A stretch of 64,000 nt of DNA. Source: Yuukianura sp. NJ FZ-2021. Taxonomy: Eukaryota. The stretch lies in contig CM102289.1 of assembly GCA_046563655.1 (NCBI GenBank), positions 2,852,001-2,916,000 on the forward strand, read 5' to 3'. This document shows positions 26,394-38,111 of the stretch, in pieces (the stretch's first letter is position 1; the number at the start of each line of letters is the position of its first letter). Position numbers and translations under genes: made by a program. A model generated the notes under the pieces. It saw only the letters and a list, made by a program, of their open reading frames with translations, had not been told where the DNA came from and searched no databases.

Positions 26394-26485
26394 ATTGCTT
26401 TGTCGGCATTTGAAATTGTAGTTTTTTGAAATTGGCCGCTATTGAAACTGTGGCTTTCGGCACTACGGCCATTTGATCAGCGACG
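26394..26485. mobile_element. Single terminus of a Mutator-like element
   Basis: Reverse complement CGTCGCTGATCAAATGG resembles the CGTAGCAGGTGAAATGG end of the 176-bp element; TTGAAA subrepeats. Confidence 0.45.
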
Positions 26486-27088
26486 TTTATGCTCTTCTTT
26501 TATCCGGTCCGCAAATTTAAAATTCTATTCATTTGAGTAGCAGTAGCGTATGTCAAATTTATGGTTGGGTCCAACGACACAACGGAGATACTTTAGCCTT
26601 ACGTCAACAAATGTTTGACATGGTAGTAGAAACCTTTTTTTTTTCACTCCATTTTTTAGTATTCATAACAAAAACAGTTTTTAAAGGTTAAGCCTGTTAA
26701 CTTTCAGAATTTTCTTAATTATTGTTGAACAAAGGTGAGTGGTGCTATAAGAGAACAAAGAATGAGAATGACTAGTACATGTTTTAACCAACACGTATTT
26801 TCCACAGAGAACAGCTGATGGGTATATCTTCTGCAAACTCGCGAAGGTTGTATGGGAGAGATAGGGAATTTCACCTTCACTCAAAGTAACAGCTCTGGGC
26901 ATCCCACTTCTCCCTATCTCATACATGGGGGCACATTTTAGTTAAAGTTAGGTTAGGTGAAGTTAGGGTAATGAGCGGCCAAAACTAATTACAGATTCGT
27001 AATCAGCGTAAAAAACTGAGCTAATTGAGATTTTTATCTCAGTTAGACTAGCTTCGCGAGTTTGCAAAAGGAGTTCCCAGCTGATGTA

Positions 27089-28757
27089 ATGTCGATGGAC
27101 GGGTCATTCGAGAGGAGGGTCATTGACCTCCAGAACAGCCTTGAACTGCTCCGTACAGAAGTTGACATGAAGATGAAAATCATGGAGGAGATATTAAGCA
27201 CTAGAAATCGTATGTATAAATACTGAACCACAACGTTTTTAAAGGAAATTATTGATTTGAACGTGTAATCATTTTTTCTGTTAAAATTTTGTTTCAGAAC
27301 AATTCCTTGTTCATAAGAAGTTAATTGAACAGGAACAAGTATTGTTTGAAAACGTTTTAAGTCGTTGGAGAAACCCTACTGGGTTTGTTGGTACCGAAAG
27401 CACAAGTAGTACCGACCGCTCTCATCGATATGCCTCCAGAAGCTCCAATACAGAATTCAATACCTTGGAAAGCCCTTCAGTATCGAATTCCACCAAACGT
27501 AGTTCTACAGAAGCGTTTGGTTCAACTTCGGATCGATTAAGGCTCAGAGCCAAACGCCGAACAAAGGCGGCTTCATACGATGACCCGGAGAGTGATCCTT
27601 TGTCGACTTCGGGTACTGCATTTGAAGGAAAGAAAGAAAGATATGGTGACAGTAATAGCGGGGATATTGACGAATCCGCTGACGACACATTGGATGAAAA
27701 TCTCGATTTATTTCAGAACGTTGAAGCTTGCTCAGATGGTGACTCTGATGACGGAGATTTTGGTATAAGATAAAAACACTTTTGCCCTATAAGTCCACTT
27801 TGAGTAAAGTTCTCACGGGTTACAATACAACCTACAACGAAGAATTGTTAATTTAGCTTGTGCTTTTTTGCAGACGAAAGTGTCGACAACAATGGATTTG
27901 AAAAACGGGTGTTTGTAAACTTCTACTCAACTGATCCTGCAGATGGTGAAGGAAGTACTGACCAAATCTGGCAGCATTTCTTGCATGAAGAAAAAGGAAC
28001 AACAGCTCTTTGCAAACACTGTGACGCAAAAGGGTGCCAGAAAATTTATAAACTGAAAAATCCCGCGTTGACAGTACTGCGACGACATTTGAAAAGAAAG
28101 CATAAAATTATAGTAGAGCCGCCAGCAGATCCTACCCCTATGCAACCAGGCGATGAGTCTGGTGAGCATGACATATTTGGTCAATTCAGTACAGTAAGAT
28201 TAATATTTTTTCTTTTTGTGTTGTTTGATGGGTAGTTAACACAGTCGGTCGTAGAAGATCTCAGATGAGGCACAACAATTACATGTACAAGCGGTTCCAT
28301 TTCAAACGTCACATAGAGTATTTCAGATGTCGTGATTATGCAACATGTCGTGGCCGGGCTCAACGACGAAATGGTGTCGTTGAGCAAACTGCGGAACATT
28401 CGTGTCTAACAACGGAAGCAGAGTAAGACATTAGTTAGTACGTATTGCCTCTGTTGCTGTGTATAATTCTAACTAAGTACATGTCGCAGTGTATTTAATC
28501 TTAGGAGTAAAATGTTGTATGAACTTTATAATATTCTATTTGTTAGTTGCGACGCAGTTGAAGTGCGTGACAAAATCCGGGATATGGCGGAGGATAATCC
28601 GACAATGACCCCAGCTGAAATCATTGCTGCTGCAAAGGAAGGCTATTCATCTGAGGTTCTGGATATTCTTCCATCCGATTTACTACTTTCTAGAACAATC
28701 AAACGGATTCGACAAAACATGATGTCGGCAGCTCCGTTGAGTTCTGATTGGACATGA
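27089..28757 (+). CDS. Coiled-coil / BED zinc finger / FLYWCH-like / helical-domain protein, copy 1 (5 exons)
   Basis: BED: IWQHF..ALCKHC..LRRHLKRKH; FLYWCH-like: HNNYMYK..YFRC..CRGR..EHSC; terminal LPSDLLLSRTIKRIR. Confidence 0.8.
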
Positions 28758-29406
28758 AGCGGAAATCAGGAAATGACTGTATCGAAGTTTTTCAATAAAA
28801 AAATCTCGTGAAAATGTTTTTAAAAGTTACATTTCACGATTTTGCTGTAATTTTTAGAAAGTATCCGTACGTTAGTAGTACATAAACCTTGGTTCGTTCC
28901 TGGATTCTTTGTAAAGCTCGTGTTTAATAAGTAGCTTCAAAGTGGCAGTATTTATTAAGTAAAATTTTTGAGAAGATAATTTATGTGCGAACAATTCAAT
29001 TAATTATAAACCGCAACGTGAAAAGAACAATACTTATTTCCTTTGCCTAATTAATACTTATGCAATTTGTTGTTAAAGAAAAATGAAAGTGAAAGTCCCT
29101 GTGCCGTCTTGAGAGAGAAAGTGTCGCTCCAATCCAACTCACTCTCACTAACTTTTGTTTTGAATTTTGATTCACATCATCACATCCTCTTAGCTTTTCA
29201 ACTTTGACTTTTCTTTTTTCTCGTGAAGGTCAAGGTCACAATTTCCATTGTGATCTTTTTCATCAACAAAGTATTATTAAATGTCCAAGTAATTTGGTAC
29301 TGTAGTTTTCAGGAGTGAAAGCAAAGTCAGCTGATTTATTAAAGGTCGAGGTTCTTATTTGAAGGGTTTAACCAGAAAGCGTAGTAATCTGACTACTGAA
29401 TGCATA

Positions 29407-30955
29407 ATGGCCGTTTCAGTAGAGAGACAAGTTCGTGACCTCCAAAACAGCCTGGATACACTTCGAGCGGAAGTGGATTTGAAAATGGAAATCATTGAAC
29501 AAATTCTGGCCACAAGAAACGGTAAGTAAAGAAATTCCACTCTAAAATGAAGCTTTAATATTCATTTCTACTAAACCAACTTTGCATTTGAACAATTTTT
29601 AGAGCAATTTGCCGTTCAGAAGAAACTCATTGAGCAAGAACACGCCCTTTATGAAAAAGTATTAAATCGATGGAGGAATAGGAATAGGGATGACCGAGAT
29701 TACTCCAACCAAAATATCGCAAGACCCTTGCGAATCGCTCCCGAAGTCTCCATCTCGCATACTACAAAACGCAATTCGACGGACGATTTTCCTATGACTT
29801 CAGAACGAATTCGTCTCAGAGCTAAACGTCGACGGACCTCACCAAATGCCGAGTCCTACGACTTTCCGACATCCGTTTCACAAAGCACGAGTTTCATTGG
29901 AAAGATTGAACAAGGAACTGATGGCGGTTCGGATATTGATGATGACACGGTATTGAGCGACGTAGATCCACTAGACGCTGAAACCGAAACGGATGTGCAC
30001 AACGAAGAGGAGTGTGACGACGGTATAAACAAAAGGAATTATAAAATGTTTGTATCATTTTCTGTTTTGGTTGGTTATAAATTCTTTGGCTTATTCAACT
30101 TACAGATCCAGTAATTGATGACAATGGAATGGAAAAGCAAACTTTTGTCAACATTTATTTATCCGATTCCGATTTTTCAAATCAAGCTGACACAAGCGAT
30201 CCGATTTGGTTGCATTTTTTGCATGAAGAAAAAGGAACACGGGCTCTTTGCAAACACTGTAACGAGAAAGGGCTCCAGAAAATCTACCAATGCAAAGATG
30301 CTGTATTGACTGTGCTTCGGACCCATCTCAGAACCAAACATAAAATTACGGTGGAAGCGCCAAAGCCAGCTCCTTCCACCGTAGAAGCAACGGAGTCTGC
30401 ACGTAAATCTGCTCACATAGAATCTCCGGTTTCAATTCCAAAACTACTTTATGACTTGTCATGTTTTTGTAGAAAACGAGCCAGCTTTAGACATTCGGAA
30501 GAGAAATAATTTGAGACACAACAACTACATGTACAGACTCAACGTCACTCGTGGAACCGTCAATTACTTCAGATGTCGAGAGAGCGGCCTTTGTAGCGGC
30601 AGAGTCATAAGACGAAATGGAATCATCGAGGAAACTGCGGAACATTCCTGCCTGACTTCCGCTGCAGAGTATGCACCTAATTACTAATTAATGATAAACA
30701 CTTAAAACTGATCAATTCGAATCAAGTAAACTCAATTACTAATTTCTTAGTTGTGATGCCGTTGAGATTCAAGACAAAATCAGAGATCTGGCAGAGACGG
30801 ACATGCCTGCACAGGATATAATTGCTGCAGCTAAACAAGGTTATTCCAGTGAAGCAATAGCGCTTCTTCCTAGCAATTCTGCGTTGGTCCGATCAATTAG
30901 AAGAATGCGACTCAAATTAGCCGCTGCTCCACCGCTTGATTCAGATTGGACATAG
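29407..30955 (+). CDS. BED-FLYWCH protein, copy 2 (5 exons)
   Basis: Same domain order and intron layout; NLS-like RLRAKRRR. Confidence 0.8.
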
Positions 30956-31235
30956 AACGAAACCTTCTAACCTTACATTAAGTTTAAATTAAGGTACTAA
31001 GAAGTTGTTTCGTTACCATATTTTGTAAACCAAGCTGGGTTAGTTCCTACAACAGGTGAACCTTTATTTCGACTTTAGTAGAAAGTATAACTTTATTAGT
31101 CTGGTTAGAGAATTACAATGTTAAACGAGGGATAAGCATTCATAAAGTTACCCATATAAATTGTATAAAGGTAGTAAAGTTTTATAAGCAAGTGAATTGT
31201 TTGCAAGAATTGTGTGATTCTCTCCAAAATTGTCT

Positions 31236-31475
31236 TTAGCACGCACGATAGGAGATTACACTGTCACCCATTCCAACTTGGCCATTGGCCAATGTAGTCA
31301 TGGCAGCAACTTCCAGGGAAGAACCGAGCAGAGCGTCCTTCGCAGTTGTAATTTTCCCATAGAATGGTGAATTGATTTTCAGTGCTGATTGAAGAAATTC
31401 GATCGTTCATGAAGTCATCGATATTGTTACACTTGTTGCCATCAGCCCATCCGATAGGAGCTCGGTAGAATGGAC
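31236..31475 (-). pseudogene. Truncated, frameshifted copy of the beta/gamma-crystallin-fold gene (exon 2 only)
   Basis: Paralog of 37695-37927; signal-peptide exon absent; 7-bp duplication TGGCCAA shifts the frame. Confidence 0.85.
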
Positions 31476-32055
31476 CTAATGAATTCAAAACATTTTTGGT
31501 TTCGACCAAACATCCTGTCGGCAACTCCGTTGAGTTCTGATTGGACAGGACATATGAAGCGGAAATCAGAAAACGACTGTACTGAAGTTTTTCAACACAT
31601 AAATCTCTTGTAAATGTTTTTAAAAGTTAGATTTCACTTTCTTGCTCTATTTTTAGAAACTATCCTTACGTGTAGGTAGTTATAACTTTACATAGTAAAC
31701 CATGGTTCGTTCCTGGATTCTTTGTAAAAGCTCGCTTCTAATAAGTAGTTTCAAAGTGGCAGTATTTATTAAGTAAAATTTTTGAGAAAATAATTATATG
31801 CGAACAATTCAATTAATTATAAACCGCAACGTGAAAAGAACAGTAACTACTATTTTATTTACCTATTATTAAGTAGCTTTAGCTACTTTATAAATGTGTT
31901 TTTGTCCGTCATCACGTTTTCCGTCTTGTCCCCATAAGGAAAGCCGGTCCGTCATCGCGTTTTCCGTCTTGGCATAGCAGAAAGCATTGTCATTGCGTTT
32001 TCCGTCTTGGCATAGCAGAAAGCATTGTCATTGCGTTTTCCGTCTTGCCCCGTAA

Positions 32056-32784
32056 AGCCTCTTTCACACCGGATACGTCGTAACAACTGCCGACGGCAGT
32101 TGTGACGGCGTATCCATTCACACCAAACCAACTCACCGCCGGTGAGTTGGACGACGGAAGAGAAAGTTGACGGCGGAAGACGGGTGAGGTGTTCACATTG
32201 CCTCACGGCTGCCGCCGTCACATTTTACGCCGTCAACTCTTCCTACAGGAGGAGATGGGACCCCCAAAAGTTGAAAAGTTTCAACTTTTGGACCAACTCC
32301 GGACGGACAGTTCCCATCTCATCCCAGCTGATCATCCTTCCCTCCTTCTTCCTACGTAATCAGCAGTACCGAAGTAGGAAAAACAAAAGTATAACATTGT
32401 TTAAGTGTTAATTAATAGCTAATTGTGCTAATTAGCTATTAATTTGTGTTAATACATCACCCTATAGGGAAATACGTTGGCTACTCCTCCCAAAGCATGG
32501 TAATAGAGCAATTACACATGAATACTTGTAATCATTTGGTTGTTTTCAATTCATTTAGTTCATATGTCTTCCCATATGAAACTGAAAGGCGCCTTTCAAG
32601 AATTGTGACCAAATGAAGCTGTATCACACCGAGACCGGCGTATAACTTTCCGTAGAAAAAATTTACGGCGTAAAAAGAACCGGTGGTGCAGTGTGAAACC
32701 CATCGACAACTATCTACGGCAGTTTGTTACGCCGGCACAACTGCCGTCGGCAGTTGTTGCGGGGTATCCAGTGTGAAAGAGGCT
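32056..32784. mobile_element. PIF/Harbinger MITE nested in the tandem repeats of the Helentron-like element
   Basis: About 55-bp TIR starting AGCCTCTTTCACAC; TAA TSD; an uninterrupted repeat unit is visible at 31921-31959. Confidence 0.88.
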
Positions 32785-33110
32785 TAAGAAAAGCCTGTCC
32801 GTCATCGCGTTTTCCGTCTTGGCATAGGGAACACCATTGAAAAAAGGTGAAAATATCCGCACAATTATCTCGGAAACTACTGGATCGATTTCGTTCCGGT
32901 TTTCACCATTTAACAGCTAATGACCCGGGTGAGATCAAGTTTGCAAAATCATTCCCGTCAGTGACCTCATTCCGGGTCAAAATCGATCTCAAAGTTCACG
33001 TGAATTGTTAGATGGAGGAAGTGTGGGTATAAAAAACTCTGCTTGTGGGATAGGACACCCATAACTTACATTGTGAACTTTGCGTACTAAAAATCAACGC
33101 CCCCAAGCGA

Positions 33111-35053
33111 AAAACTTGTTCCATCTGATGAGTAAAAAATTCTCAAAAAATTTCAGATTTTTAGGTCAACTCTGACCACTCGCCAATCGGGGTCAAAGTT
33201 TAACAAGGGAATTTGGATAAGACGAGGTCACGGATGTACTGTTTTTTTTCCTGCCCCTCGAGTATAATACTAGCTGTCTACAAACTTTCCAAATATGACC
33301 TCAAGGGTATCAGCTACAACTTTTGTTAAGGGGTCACGGTGCTGGGTATAACGTACTGACCCCCAGGGGTCACCAAAGGTCAACTTAATTTCATCCTACT
33401 CCCACCCCAGGCATGTAATATATCATTGGAAAGGGCTCGACTCCCTGAGGCAGAAAATGCATACATTAACCTTGAATGACCTACCCCTTGACCTCCAGGG
33501 GTCAAATTCAGGTCATCTCTAGCAAGTTAGCCATGTAGCATATCGTTGGAAAGGGCTCGACTCCCTGAAACAGAAAATGTATTCATTAACCTTGTATGAC
33601 CTCCCACTTGACCTCCAGGGGTCAAGTTGAGGTCATCTCTAGCAAGTTAGCCATGTAGCATATCGTTGGAAAGGGCTCGACTTCCTGAAACAGAAAATGT
33701 ATTCATTAACCTTGTATGACCTCCCACTTGACCTCCAGGGGTCAAGTTGAGGTCATCTCTAGTAAGATAGGCTTGTAGTATATCGTTGGAAAGAGCTGGA
33801 CTCCCCGTACATTTATAGAGAAAATGTGTATTTTAACAATAATACTTTCTGTATAGGTCGAACACAATGGCAGGTTAGATGGTACCATATTCGAAAATGG
33901 TGAGCGTACGGGTGCTCTAGCGTTCGACCTATTTAGCATGTATTTACATAAAAGTTTGAACCGAATCGAACAACTCTATGTAGTCAACTCTATGTAGATG
34001 ACTATAAAGATGGGCGACAAAGGGCATCGAACCTAGAAGTTGTGAACGACGTTGCTGAGAGGGGGATTGCCTTGATTAAAACGTTCAATCCCATCGTAAC
34101 AACGCAAGAGGAGCAGAAGCAGTTTCTTTTGCAGATTGTGGAGGAAGCTCGAAAAGAACTCCCTCAGGCTACGAAATCAGCACTTTCTAAGCACTACTCT
34201 CAATAGCTAGTACTAATGACAAGGTGTTAATAGATATCATTTTCTGCTTTGGCTTTCATTAAAAGCAATTATTGAGAAAACAAACCTATTGTTGAATTTT
34301 ACCCCCTTATCTTAACCCCTTGAGGTCAAGTGGGAGAATATATACATTTTCTGTTTCAGGGAGTCAAACCCTTTCCGACGATATGCTACATGCCTAATTT
34401 CCTAGAGATGACCTCAACTTGACCCTGGAGGTCAAGGGGGAGGTCATACAAGGTTAATGAATACATTTTCTGTTTCAGGAAGTCGAGCCCTTTCCAACGA
34501 TATGCTACATGGCTAACTTGCTAGAGATGACCTCAACTTGACCCCTGGAGGTCAAGTGGGAGGTCATACAAGGTTAATGAATACATTTTCTGTTTCAGGG
34601 AGTCGAGCCCTTTCCAACGATATGCTACATGGCTAACTTGCTAGAGATGACCTGAATTTGACCCCTGGAGGTCAAGGGGTAGGTCATTCAAGGTTAATGT
34701 ATGCATTTTCTGCCTCAGGGAGTCGAGCCCTTTCCAATGATATATTACATGCCTGGGGTGGGAATAGGATGAAATTAAGTTGACCTTTGGTGACCCCTGG
34801 GGGTCAGTATGTTATACCCAGCACGGTGACCCCTTAACAAAAGTTGTAGCTGATACCCTTGAGGTCATATTTGGAAAGTTTCTTGACAGCTAGTATTATA
34901 CTCGCTGGGCAGGAAAAAAAACAGTACATCCGTGACCTCGTCTAATCCAAATTCCCTTGTTAAACTTTGACCCCGATTGGCGAGTGGTCAGAGTTGACCT
35001 AAAAATCTGAAATTTTTTGAGAATTTTTTTCTCATCATATGGAACAATTTTTT
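33111..35053. repeat. Large inverted repeat (arms about 700 bp) containing 120-bp tandem units
   Basis: Arm 33111 to about 33810 is the reverse complement of about 34320-35053; TATCGTTGGAAAG recurs at 33541, 33661 and 33781. Confidence 0.92.
33997..34206 (+). pseudogene. C-terminal fragment of a DDE-type transposase
   Basis: Translates LEVVNDVAERGIALIKTFN..QEEQKQFLLQIVEE; I recognise VVNDxAERG as an arthropod DNA-transposase motif; no start codon. Confidence 0.65.
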
Positions 35054-35844
35054 CGGTTGGATGGTACGATATTCCAAAATGGTGGAGATGCGGGTTCTCT
35101 ATTGTGGGACTGGAAAGGTAAATGGCATGGGAGTTGGTTTTCTGCTTAGCAAAAAATGTACTACGCAGCAGTTCACCAACACACCCATGCACTGTCCAGT
35201 CCAGTGCCCATTCCTTCTGTTGTTGCTTTATCCATATCCTACCTCTTCACATCTCTGCTTGACCTCACCCCCATTTGCATCGGGGGGGGGAGTGAGAAAG
35301 TGGGGAAAACACTGCCGCACTCCCCCTCGGGTGGCGGGAAAGTGGGCGAAACACCCCCACTCCCCCGGGAGGGGGGTGAGGGAAACAAACTGGGGGAACA
35401 CGCACCCGCCCCCACTTCCACTGGGGGCTGATTAGTCCTGTTTGTTTAAAAAAAAACACCTAAACGCTAAAGCTACTTTTTTATGTGCGGTTTACAACCG
35501 GTTTATTATGCAATTTATGTTGTAAAAAAACTGAAAGTGAAAGTCTCTGTGCCGTCTAGAGGGAGAAAGTGGCGCTCCAATCCAACGCACTAACATTTGT
35601 TTTGAATTTTGATTCACATCTTGATCTTAGCTTTTCAACTTTGACTTTTCTTTTTTCTCGTGAAGGTCAAGGTCACAATTTGCATTGTAATCTTTTTCAT
35701 TGACAAAACATGATTAAATGTCAAAGTAATCTGACACTGTAGTTTTCTGGAGTGAAAGCAAAAGTCAGCTGATTTATTAAAGGTCGAGGTTCTTATTTGA
35801 AACTTTTAACCAGGAAGCGTAGTAATTTGACTACTGAATGCATA

Positions 35845-37393
35845 ATGGCCGTTTCAGTAGAGAGACAGGTTCGTGACCTCCAAAACAGCCTGGTTACACT
35901 TCGAGCGGAAGTGGATTTGAAAATGGAGATTATTGAACAAATTCTGGCCACAAGAAACGGTAAGCAAAGAAATGTCACTATAAATTCTAAAATGAAGCTT
36001 TAACAGTCATTGCTACAAACCAACTTTGCATTTGAACAATTTTTAGAGCAATTTGCCGTTCAGAAGAAACTCATCGAGCAAGAACACGCCCTTTATGAAA
36101 AAGTATTAAATCGATGGAGGTACAAGAATAGGGATGAGCGGGATTACTCCAACCAAAATATCGCAAGACCCGTGAGAATCGCTCCTGATGTCTCCATTTC
36201 GAATACTACAAAACGTAATTCAACGGACGATTTTCCTATAACTTCAGAACGGATTCGTCTCAGAGCTAAACGCCGACGTACCTCGCTAGATGCCGGGTCT
36301 TATGGATTTTCGCCAACCGTGTCACAAAGCACGAGTTTCATTGGAAACATTGAACAAGGAACTGATGGCGGTTCGGATATTGATGATGACACGGTATTGA
36401 GCGACGTAGATCCACTAGACGCTGAAACCGAAACGGATGTGCACAACGAAGAGGAGTGTGACGACGGTATAAACAAAAGGAATTATAAAATGTTTGCATC
36501 ATTTTCTGTTTTGGTTGGTTATAAATTCTTTGGCTTATTCAACTTACAGATCCAGTAATTGATGACAATGGAATGGAAAAACAAACGTTTATCAACATTT
36601 ATTTATCCGATTCCGATTTTTCAAATCAAGCTGACACAAGCGATCCGATTTGGTTGCATTTTTTGCATGAAGAAAAAGGAACACGGGCTCTTTGCAAACA
36701 CTGTAACGAGAAAGGGCTCCAGAAAATCTACCAATGCAAAGATGCTTTATTAACAGTGCTTCGGACCCATCTCAGAACCAAGCATAAAATTAGCGTGGAA
36801 GCACCGAAACCAACTCCTTCGACCGTCGAAGCAACGGAAGCTCCACGTAAATCTGCTCACCTAAAATCTCCAGTTTCAATTCCAAAACTACTTTCTAACA
36901 TAATATTTCTGTAGAAAACGAGCCACCTTCAGACATTCGGAAGAGAAATAATTTGAGACACAACAATTACATGTACAGACTCAACGTCACTCGTGGAACC
37001 GTCAACTACTTCGGATGTCGAGAGAGCGGGCTTTGTAGCGGCAGAGTCATAAGCCGAAATGGAATCATTGAGGAAACTGCCGAACATTCCTGCCTAACTT
37101 CCGCCGCAGAGTATGTACATAACTACTGATGAATTGCAAAATGATGATCTATGCATCTTCCATTTGTGAACTCATTTAATTTTGTTAGTTGTGATGCCGT
37201 TGAGATTCAGGACAAAATCAGAGATCTGGCTGAGACGGGCATGTCTGCACAGGATATAATTGCTGCAGCAAAACAAGGTTATTCCAATGAAGCTATAGCA
37301 CTTCTTCCTAGCAATTCTGCGTTGGTTCGATCGATTAGAAGAATGCGACTCAAACTAGCCGCTGCTCCACCGCTTGATTCGGATTGGACATAG
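35845..37393 (+). CDS. BED-FLYWCH protein, copy 3 (5 exons)
   Basis: Close paralog of copy 2 with open exons. Confidence 0.8.
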
Positions 37394-37694
37394 AACGGAA
37401 CCAAATTCTAACCTTACATTAAGTTTAAATTAAGGTAAGAACTTGTTGCGTTACCATTTTTTGTAAAAATTTACCAAGCTCTGTTAGTTCCTACAACAGT
37501 TTAACCTTTAGTACTAATATTTCGATTTTAACTTTAGGAGGTACAACTTTATTTGTATGTTCTGAATTTCAATTTTAAACGAGGGATAAGCATTCATAAA
37601 GTTACCCATGTAAATTGTATATAAAAGGTAATAAAGTTTTCTAAATAAGGGAATTACTTGCAAGAATAGTGTGAATCTTTTTCCAAAATTGTCT

Positions 37695-38111
37695 TTAGCA
37701 AGCACGATAGGAGCTTACACTGTCGCCCATTCCAACTTTGCCAATGTCGTCATGACAGCAACTTCCTGGGAAGAACCGAGCAGAACGTCCTTCGCAATTG
37801 TAATTCTCCCATAGAACGGTGCATTGATTTTCAGTGTTGATTGAAGAAGTTCGATCGTTCATGAAGTCATCGATATTGTTACACTTGTTGCCATCAGCCC
37901 ATCCTATAGGAGCTCGGTAGAATGGACCTAAATGAATTCAAAAGAGTTTTTGGTTTTAGATTTAATATTGAACGTAAATTTAGATTTTTAGATTTTGCCT
38001 TATAACTAAAATTTTACCGCGAAAAGCAACGTCGTCATAAAAGTACATTGCCTTCGTTTGAGCCGTCAAGCTCAAGAAGACGAAACTTGTGATTGCGAAG
38101 AATTTCAGCAT
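37695..38111 (-). CDS. Small secreted beta/gamma-crystallin-fold protein, 108 aa, 2 exons (38111-38018, 37927-37695)
   Basis: MLKFFAITSFVFLSLTAQTKA signal peptide; FYDDVAFRG..NDRTSS and LWENYNCEG..GDSVSSYR Greek-key patterns; 6 Cys; not in the ORF track. Confidence 0.8.

Larger units (their letters stand above)
31871..35504. mobile_element. Helentron-associated (HINE/DINE-1-like) non-autonomous element with nested repeats
   Basis: 13-bp subTIR AAGTAGCTTTAGC/GCTAAAGCTACTT; 5' hairpin 31871-31888; 3' hairpin 35488-35500; T-rich flanks, no TSD; absent from duplication unit 1. Confidence 0.65.
28708..37957. repeat. Tandem segmental duplication: unit 1 about 28708-31501, unit 2 about 31501-37957 (expanded by a TE insertion)
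   Basis: Copy-1 3' tail repeated at 31501-31850; the BED-FLYWCH gene and crystallin exon 2 are both repeated. Confidence 0.85.

Noticed and set aside
26938..26970. TTAGG repeats as an interstitial telomere
   Set aside because: Only a few degenerate units; similar short motifs occur inside local MITEs
31905..32050. CRISPR-like array
   Set aside because: Contiguous 39-bp tandem repeats with no unique spacers and no cas genes, in a eukaryotic context
34896..35459. Cluster of GC-rich ORFs
   Set aside because: They arise from low-complexity G/C tracts inside the repeat element
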